From: a bacterium
GTDB taxonomy: Bacteria; Patescibacteriota; Minisyncoccia; Phycocordibacterales; UBA9973
Reading direction: 5' to 3'
Length of the DNA stretch: 64,000 bases
Assembly: GCA_021831595.1 (NCBI GenBank)
Contig: JAKBMK010000020.1
Location: forward strand, 2,801 to 66,800
Shown: piece after piece, positions 28,419 to 37,400 of the stretch
Layout: each line of letters opens with the position of its first letter
Numbering within the stretch: position 1 is the stretch's first letter
Notes under the pieces: generated by a model
Seen by the model: the letters and a program-made list of their open reading frames with translations, nothing else
Databases searched by the model: none
Told to the model about the DNA's origin: nothing
Program-made: the position numbers and the translations under genes

Positions 28419-31301
28419 ATGATAAAATATATTAGTATTTTGTATCAAAAAATGAAATCAAAAATACTACAATTTATCAAATTGCATTGGCCTAAAATTA
28501 CATCGATATTTTTATTTATTTTGCTGTCTTTAGCATACGCAAATATTTTTGCTGTCTTTACTCCAGGCGAGACTCTTGATCCAAATTGTGCTCCTGGGAC
28601 AGTTGGTTGTACTGTGAATGTCTCTAGTACAGAGACGGACCCTGTTTGGTCTGTCGACAAACCTAGTTATTCTACAAAAGCAGTTGCTGATACTTTGTAT
28701 AAACTGGCCGGATACACTCCTGACTTATCTGCCTATTCTACCAAGTCTGTGGCCGATACTTTGTATCTCGGTATTAATTCTGTTGCTACAAATTCTTCTA
28801 GCTTAGAAGGTCACAGTGCAAGTTATTTTCAAACTGCTCTAGGCTACACACCATACAACGCAACTAATCCAAATGGTTACATCACAGGTATCACATCTCT
28901 AAATGTTACAACTGCTCTTGGTTTTACTCCTTACAATTCTACAAATCCAAATGGCTATATCTCTTCCTATACAGAAACCGATCCAACTATTTCCGCTTGG
29001 GCAAAAGCAGGAGTCAAACCTTCATATTCTTATTCTGAAATATCATCTACCCCAACTCTACTTTCTCAATTTACAAATGATCTAGGTAACTATGGCGGAT
29101 TCGTCACGGGTACACCATGGACTTCTATGGGTTACTTAACATCCTATACAGAAACAGATCCAACTATTTCCGCTTGGGCGAAGGCTGCTACGAAGCCGAC
29201 GTATACTGCTGCAGAAGTAGGTGCTCCATCTGGTTCTGGAAATTCTACAGGAACAAATACTGGCGACAACGCCGTAAACTCTTTGTATTCAGGTCTAACA
29301 GCGTCTAAACAAGATACATTAAACGGTACAGGATTTGTGAAGTCTACTGCAGGAACTATTTCATACGATACGAATACATACCTCACGAGTATTAATTCTG
29401 GGAATGTTACTACTGCCCTTGGTTATACCCCTTACAATGCCACCAATCCAGCTGGATATATTTCTTCTTATACAGAAACCGATCCTACTATTTCCGCTTG
29501 GGCGAAAGCTGTAACTAAGCCTACTTATACAGCAAGTGAAGTAGGACTTGGTAATGTTCCAAATCTTTCTTTCTCAGGAAGTAACACTGGTGACGAAACG
29601 ACTTCATCTATCAAAACAAAACTCGGACAAGCCAATACCACAACTGATGGATATATATCTTCTGTTGACTGGAATACTTTCAACAACAAGCAACCAGCAG
29701 GAAGTTATCTTACTTCCTACACCGAAACCGATCCTACTGTTTCCGCTTGGGCAAAAGCAGGAGTCAAACCTTCATATTCTTATTCTGAAATATCATCTAC
29801 CCCAACTCTACTTTCTCAATTCACAAATGATCTAGGTAATTACGGAGGATTTGTCACTGGAACTCCATGGACAAGTATGGGTTATGTTACAGGTACTCCA
29901 TGGACTTCTATGGGTTACTTAACATCCTATACAGAAACAGATCCAACTATTTCCGCTTGGGCAAAGGCTCTCGTAAAACCTACATACACAGCAAGCGAAG
30001 TAGGACTTGGTAATGTTACGAATGAGAGTAAGGCTACAATGTTTACAAATCCTACTCTTACAGGTACAACAAATATTGCTAATGTGAGTATTACCGGAAG
30101 TATTATTCCTACGGTAGACAATTTTTATTATCTTGGTTCTCCAGCTTTCAGATGGCATTCTCTTTACGTCGGACCGGGTTCTATCTATGTTAACGGACAG
30201 AAAGTTCTTCAGACAGATATGTCGAACAGTGTCGTTATGTCTGCTGATGATGCTCAAAATGTTATTGTTAAAACTACAGGTGGAGGAAATATCGAGCTCA
30301 ATCCTGCTTCAGGTGGTGGAGGAATATTACTCAAGAGTAATGTCACTTTGACTGCAGGCAAATCATTTAGAACTTCTGACTTAACTCCTGTTGTATTTTC
30401 AGATGGCACAAAATCGGGGAATATAAATATCATAGGGAATACGATTTCATCAGGAAACACAAATGGAGATATTGAATTTGCTCCGAATGGAGCCGGGAGA
30501 ACATATGTATCTTCTGGTAATTTTGGAATTGGTAATACTGCTCCAGGGGAAAAGTTAAGTGTCACTGGCAACATTCTCGCCACTGGTACCATCTTGGGTT
30601 CAAATATTTCAGGGAACACAAGTGGCACCAACACTGGTGACAATGCAGTGAACTCTCTATACAGTGGACTTGCATCTTCAAAACAAGATGTACTAAGTGG
30701 TACAGGATTTGTGAAGTCTACTGCAGGAACTATTTCATATGACACGAATACATACCTCACAACGGCATCAGCAGGTTCAACTTACATTCCTTATACAGGC
30801 GGTACTTCAAACGTTGATCTTGGAGCTCATAATCTTACAGTTGATACAAATACACTTTTTGTTGACGCCACAAACCATAAAGTAGGTATTGGGATGACAA
30901 ATCCGAATTATGTTTTGGATATTGCTGGTAATGGAATTCAAGTAACAAGAAGTGGTTCAAACCCATCTGTTATTTTGAGCTCTACTGGTTATACAGGAAG
31001 TGCTGGAGACACAGTTGGCTCATTAGCATTTCGTGGAAATGATAATAGTGCCTCAAATGTTTTGTTTGGTTCTATAAATGGATTCGATGTCGTTCCTACT
31101 GCTGGAGCTGTAACTGGTGGAATTAATTTTAAAGTTCCAGTAGCTGGTACTCTTACTGAAATTATGAGAATAAATGGGAATAATGTCGGAATTGGAATTA
31201 CAAACCCATTTTCTCCATTGAGTGTTGTTAGTGGAGAACAAGAAACTGCAACTGCATTTTTCCATCAAAACGCTCCAACTAATAAACCAACATACACATA
31301 A
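28419..31301 (+). CDS. giant fibre-like surface protein, N-terminal segment (probably the same gene as 31424-39049)
   Basis: 960 aa; N-terminal signal anchor; at least 6 copies of YTETDPT[IV]SAWAKA modules; the C-terminus already begins GNNVGIGITNP-type repeats. Confidence 0.75.
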   Translation: MIKYISILYQKMKSKILQFIKLHWPKITSIFLFILLSLAYANIFAVFTPGETLDPNCAPGTVGCTVNVSSTETDPVWSVDKPSYSTKAVADTLYKLAGYTPDLSAYSTKSVADTLYLGINSVATNSSSLEGHSASYFQTALGYTPYNATNPNGYITGITSLNVTTALGFTPYNSTNPNGYISSYTETDPTISAWAKAGVKPSYSYSEISSTPTLLSQFTNDLGNYGGFVTGTPWTSMGYLTSYTETDPTISAWAKAATKPTYTAAEVGAPSGSGNSTGTNTGDNAVNSLYSGLTASKQDTLNGTGFVKSTAGTISYDTNTYLTSINSGNVTTALGYTPYNATNPAGYISSYTETDPTISAWAKAVTKPTYTASEVGLGNVPNLSFSGSNTGDETTSSIKTKLGQANTTTDGYISSVDWNTFNNKQPAGSYLTSYTETDPTVSAWAKAGVKPSYSYSEISSTPTLLSQFTNDLGNYGGFVTGTPWTSMGYVTGTPWTSMGYLTSYTETDPTISAWAKALVKPTYTASEVGLGNVTNESKATMFTNPTLTGTTNIANVSITGSIIPTVDNFYYLGSPAFRWHSLYVGPGSIYVNGQKVLQTDMSNSVVMSADDAQNVIVKTTGGGNIELNPASGGGGILLKSNVTLTAGKSFRTSDLTPVVFSDGTKSGNINIIGNTISSGNTNGDIEFAPNGAGRTYVSSGNFGIGNTAPGEKLSVTGNILATGTILGSNISGNTSGTNTGDNAVNSLYSGLASSKQDVLSGTGFVKSTAGTISYDTNTYLTTASAGSTYIPYTGGTSNVDLGAHNLTVDTNTLFVDATNHKVGIGMTNPNYVLDIAGNGIQVTRSGSNPSVILSSTGYTGSAGDTVGSLAFRGNDNSASNVLFGSINGFDVVPTAGAVTGGINFKVPVAGTLTEIMRINGNNVGIGITNPFSPLSVVSGEQETATAFFHQNAPTNKPTYT

Positions 31302-31423
31302 GACAAACAGGGGCAGGAGGTAATGCAAACGTTAACCAAGGATTATTAGTACAAGTTCAAGGAAATGTAAGTAGTAATATAGCAGATTTTGCTTACTGGG
31401 ATGGAGCAACTTCAACAAGCAGA

Positions 31424-34400
31424 ATGATAATTAGACAAAATGGTAATGTTGGAATCGGGATTTCTGCTCCGGCAAATACGTTGCAGGTAGGAGGACTTGT
31501 TAGTTGGGGTAGTGCATCCTCTCGCTATGGAATTTTGGATTACGCAACAGGGAAGGCAATGCTCTATGGCACATCTGGCAATGCTTTAAGTCTTGGTGCA
31601 AATGGGACAGGAGATTATTTGTATATAACAACCGCAGGACTGGTCGGTATAGGCACTGTCAGTCCAACACAAATAATGCATATATACGGCACTTCTATTC
31701 GTCCACAAATTGAAAGTACCGCTAATGGCGGTTATAGTTCGTTGCGGTTTGTGGGGAAAAATAGTGCAGGGACAGCAAGGGTATTTGAAGTTGGGTTAAA
31801 CATAACAGCAGATGATGTTTGGCAAATAACAGATGGTAGTAGTACTTTTGTAAATGTGAACACCTCTGGCAATGTTGGAATTGGAACTGCGGCACCTTCT
31901 ACAAAATTGGAGGTTGTTGGAACAGCACTTATAGGTAACTTAGCCAATACTATTTCAACCCCAAGTGTTAGATTTTCTGGAGTTGGTATTTATCATCCAG
32001 ATACAAATTACTATGGTGATTATGCTGGATTATTATTGAATGCATCTAGTGCTTGGACAGGTTCTGCAAAAAGATTCCTTATTACAAATGCATTAAATGC
32101 AAACAAATTTGCAATTATAAGAAGTGTAGATTCATCAACTGATCCAGCACTTGGAACTGCTGGTGCTGTTTCTTCTGGTACTGCAGATTTTGTTATTGAT
32201 GCATCTGGTAACATCGGAATCGGGACAACAAGTCCATCACATAAACTTACAGTTACCGGTGGTAACTTAGCAGTAGAAAATGGAAATATGTATTTAGCTT
32301 CAGGTTACCCACTTTATTTTGATTATGGAATTACAAATGATTATTCTATTGCAAAAAGTGGTACAGTTTTGCAATTAAACACAGCTGGCTCGTTTGCAAT
32401 GATGGGTGGTAACGTCGGAATCGGGACGACGAGTCCATCAACAAACTTAGAGATATATGGCTCTAGTCCTATATTAAAAGTAACTCAAAATCCAGGCGTT
32501 GCTGGTGGGGGAACTATTGCTTTGACCGCAGCTGGAGTTGGTTCAGATACAAATGCTGCTACTTTAAATTTATATAATGGTTCTCTTTGGAGTAGAACTG
32601 ATGGATCAGGCATAAGATTTGGTAGTGCAGATAAAACTTCAACATGGGGGATTCTTGGGAGTAATGTTGGTGTCGGAACAACGAATCCTACAGAAAGATT
32701 AGATGTTGTTGGTAATGCGAAAATTTCATCGACGTTACTTCTTGAAGGGCAATATGTTGATTTTTATAATACAAACCCAACATTTAGAGTTGTTACTGGT
32801 CCTGGTACATTCTTAATTGGTGATGATGACAATGTCTCTTTATCTTCCGGTAGATTTTTTGTGAAAAATAACGGCAATATCGGTATCGGCACTACGAGTC
32901 CACAAAATAAATTACAGATTGCAAATGGTGGAATATATTTAACATCGGATAATTTTGATACAGATGGAATTCATCAGCCACTTGCATGGAATCCTAGCTC
33001 CAGTAATTTACAACAATCAATTATTGGTAGTGTAAATTCTGATTATGCAGATACAAGTAGTACAGGAGGAACTCTCGGTATTCGTATAGGTGCAAATGGT
33101 GGATTGTATGAAGGAGTCCCAGGATATATGAATGCAGGTATGCAAGCATTGATTTATGGAAATGGAGGAGATGGGGCTAAGGGTGGAGGATATCTTCAAT
33201 TTTTGACAAAAGATAATACTACTTCATATTCTGCAAATGGAGATGTGCGGATGACCATAAACCCAATTGGTAATGTCGGTATCGGGACGACAACACCGGT
33301 ATCTTTGCTTGGATTAACACACGGTAAGATTACCGTTGGACAGGGGGCTAATGATAAAGCAGAACTACAAGGTGGAACAGGATTTGGTGCTTTGTTGAGA
33401 TTATATGAAGGATCAGGAGGAACAGAAACTGTCAGATTAGATGCCGGTGGTGGTGGAGGAACAAGCTGGATAACAAGTGGTAACGTTGGTATTGGAACGA
33501 CGAGTCCAGATAATAAACTTTCTGTAGTAGCAGGTGGAGCGGCTGGTGGTTTTAGTCAAGGGTTAAGTATCATAACAGGGAATAATTCTTATACAACAGG
33601 ACATGGTGGAATGCTCCAATTTCAAAATGAAGATGTTGTAACTGCTGGGATTAGAGGGGTAAGAGAAGATAGTTGGAAATCGGGATTAAGTTTCTATACT
33701 CACAGTTCAGGTGTTGGTAATACTTTTGATTCAACTTTCTTAGAAAGAATGAGAATAGATGGTAATGGTAATGTTGGAATAGGGACGACGGGGGCACTGA
33801 CTAAGCTGGATGTAAATGGAGTTATTGGTAAAAGACATACAGTTGCTGGTACAGTTGCATCTCCATCCGTTGAAGGCGCTTTACAATTCGTCACTGGTGA
33901 TACTTCAACATTACTTGATGTAGGAATGTTTTTTGTAAATGAATTTTTTAATAATAATGCTGCTTATATGGCATTCAAAACTAGAGATGCGGATACTACA
34001 ATCAGGACAGCAATGACAATATATAAAAATGGTAATGTTGGAATCGGGACAACGAGTCCAAGTCAAAAATTACAAGTTGCTGGGAATATTGCTCTTGATG
34101 CAGAACTAACAGAAAGATTTATACGCATAGCAGGGTCTTATGGTGGAGCTATAAGATTCAGAGGTAATGCTAGTGCTGTTGACGATAGATCACTTCAATT
34201 TGGAACGATGGATGGGAATAATTTGTTTACCCCAAGAATGATCGTAGACACAAACAGTGGTAACGTTGGTATTGGAACAGTAACTCCTGCAAAAACACTT
34301 GAAGTTAATGGTGATATTATGGCTAGTAGTAGTGGTAAGATAGGATTTAGATATTCAGGTGCAGATAATAATTTTTATAGTTATATAGAAGGATATCCAG

Positions 34401-37400
34401 CTGGTGGTGCTCTTACTCTTGCGGGAGGATTGTGGACAAGTTCTGCTACACAAAAAGCTATTACTTTCAAGACTCAAGGAGTAGCAGACGCAATGTCTAT
34501 TTTGAATAATGGAAATGTCGGTATCGGTACGACGAGTCCACAAACGAAACTTTCTGTTTCTAATGGAGGGAGTCAAAATATTGAGATTGATCCAGGTTTT
34601 ATTCAAAGCTTCAATCGTACTACTCCAGGTTATGCTGCTTTACCATTTTATGGAAGTAATTTTAGTTTTAATGTTGGTAATGTCGGAATCGGAACAACGA
34701 ATCCTACATATCCATTAGAAATTAAATCAGCAGTAGGTGCTGGAGCTTTAGCTTTAGTAGGGAGAGATGCTGATAATGTCTCATCTTTTGAATTTTTAAA
34801 TAGTGGAAAAACTTCTAGCGCTTATATCCAAGGTAATGGTTCATGGATAAGATCCAGAGCAGATGGAGGGTTTCATTTCTCAAAAGGATCTACTCCTATA
34901 GTTACAGGAACTGATTTTACAATAGAAGGTTTGAATGTCGGTATTGGAACAACTTCTCCAAATGCAAAACTTGATGTGGCTGGAATCATCAGATCAAATG
35001 CTTCGAATGTAGGTACTTTAAATCTTGGTTCAGATTCATTCAGTAGTACATACACAACTGCTCAAATAATAGGGTCAACCTCTCCTTCATATACAAGTAC
35101 TGGTAAATTATCTTTTAAAGTTTTAACTTGGGGTGTTAATACTGATTATGGTTTAACAGAACAGATGTATATTGATGTTCCTGGTGCTGATTCAAAAGCT
35201 GCAACTATAGTGATGGCACCATATGGTGGCAATGTGGGAATTGGCACGACAAGTCCTCAGTATTCTTTGCATTCTCCGGGGAGTGCATCATTTGGTTTAG
35301 GATCAGAACTACTTTTGAATAATAGTAGTTTTGAATCGGATACTTCTTCTCCTCCAAGTAGTTGGTCCAATCTGGGGAATACCACAGGTACAGCTGTCGT
35401 AGACGGATCTGCTCCTTCGGGGAATAATGTTGCGGAAGTAGTTGCGACTGGTAGTGGAACTATTGGGTATAATGCTTTTAAAACAGCCTCACCATTAGTA
35501 TTAGGCAAGACTTACAAGATTACTTATTATGCTAAAAGTATTAGTGGTGGAACAACGATAAGTCTAGGTATCCAAGCAACAGTTGATTATCAGTATAACC
35601 AAGCCATTTCTACTTCATGGTCTCAGTATTCAGTAACACACACAGGAACAATTAATCCGATGACTATTGGTTTTTCTTCTGCTAGTGGGGCAGCAACTTT
35701 TAGGGTTGATAATATTTCGGTAAAAGAAGTAAATAATCTTTATGTTGGAACAAATGGAAGTGTAGGTATTGGATCTACATCACCAATAAGTGTTCTTGAA
35801 GTTAAAAGTGCTGCTCCAATTTTGACAATTAATGGAACTGACAACTCACAATTCAAAGGAATTAATTTTGCAACGCTTGGAAGCGTGCAAGCTAGTTTGT
35901 TGTCGAATATTGCAACAGGAGAACTGAAACTTCAATCAGGTACTTCTGGTTTCGGTGGATTTATGACATTTAATTTAGATGGTAGTGAGAGAATGAGAAT
36001 TCAAGCAACAACAGGTAATGTAGGTATTGGAACAACGGCACCAGGAGCGAAGTTTGAAACATCTAGTGTTTCAAGTGGTTTAGTTTGGAATGGAATTTTA
36101 AGAAATGACTATAATGCCAATGCAACAAATTATGGAGTCGGATTGAAATTAAAAGTTAGTAGCGATGGAGTGCCAAATGAAATTAATAAATGGGTAGGTC
36201 TTGCTGCTGTAGCTGGCAGTACATATTCTAATAGGACAGATTTGGCCTTGTATACATCTGCATCATCAGCAACAGACCCAACTGAGAAAATGCGAATTGA
36301 TGGAAACGGTAATGTTGGAATTGGAACACAAACTCCTGGAGCAAAATTAGATGTAATTGGAAATATTTATCTAAGTTCAGCTAATCCTTATGGTGGTTCG
36401 AGTGTTTATAATGTCCAAAAAGAGCAAAATGTTAGCAGCGCAAGTGTGGCTGGAGCGGGATGGTATCGTGTTGCTCAGCTTGGGGATGTACGTGGACAAA
36501 ACACAGTTACTATTTACACCACAGGAGGAAGTTATGCCCCACAAAGTACAACGATAAGATGGTGGCATGATTGGTCAGCTCAAGGTGGATTAAATGTCAT
36601 TTCAGAATTTGGTTCTAGCTTTTGGAGTCAAGCACGAGTGACAAGTGATGGCATAACTAATTCATATTTGGAAGTTTACTTTAATCAAGCTATGGCAGGT
36701 GGTGTCTATCTTTCAATGCAATATGATGGAGGTTTTGCAAAAGGATCACTTTATAGTGGGTCTTTGCCTGTTGGTGGTGATACAGTAAGAATGACTACAA
36801 CAACTGGATTACTGTCTGTTGGGGACAAATTGACTATAAATAATTCTGGCAACGTTGGAATTGGAATAACAAGCCCAAGCCAAAAATTAGATGTAAACGG
36901 TATTCTTAAAATAGAAGGACAGGCTAGTTCGACCTTTAATTCAACCTCGCAAGGAATTTCTTTCTTTGCTGGTAATGATAACTATAAGATTGGTTTTGAT
37001 AGTCAAGCTGGATCAAGGGGTTATATTCGTTACAACGTAGATACGAATGATAGTGTTCACGGACATATTTTTTCAGCTGGTGCATCAGGAAGTCAAACAG
37101 ACTTAATGACAATTCTAGGTAACGGCAACGTCGGGATTGGTACGGCGAATCCAGGGACAAAACTTGATATCCAAGGAGCGATAAATACTTCCCCTGTATC
37201 AATAGCACAATCTGGCGCAGCAAACAATACATTCGGTGATTATATAGGTCTTGATTTCAAGATGTCAAACGAGATGTCGCAGTATACGGGCAATCCTGCA
37301 GCGAGAATCTCAGCGTATCTGGAAGGAGGAAGCAATGGTTACGGATTGGATTTTTGGACGAAGCTCGATGCAGCAAACTTTAGCAAGGCAATGAGGATAA

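Noticed and set aside
29144-30760. Minus-strand ORFs 29144-29386, 29927-30121 and 30254-30760, all beginning MRYVFVSYEIVPAVDFTNPVP
   Set aside because: They are antisense reading frames through the repeated TETDPTISAWAK coding modules of the fibre gene. Their similarity to each other only reflects the DNA repeats on the sense strand.
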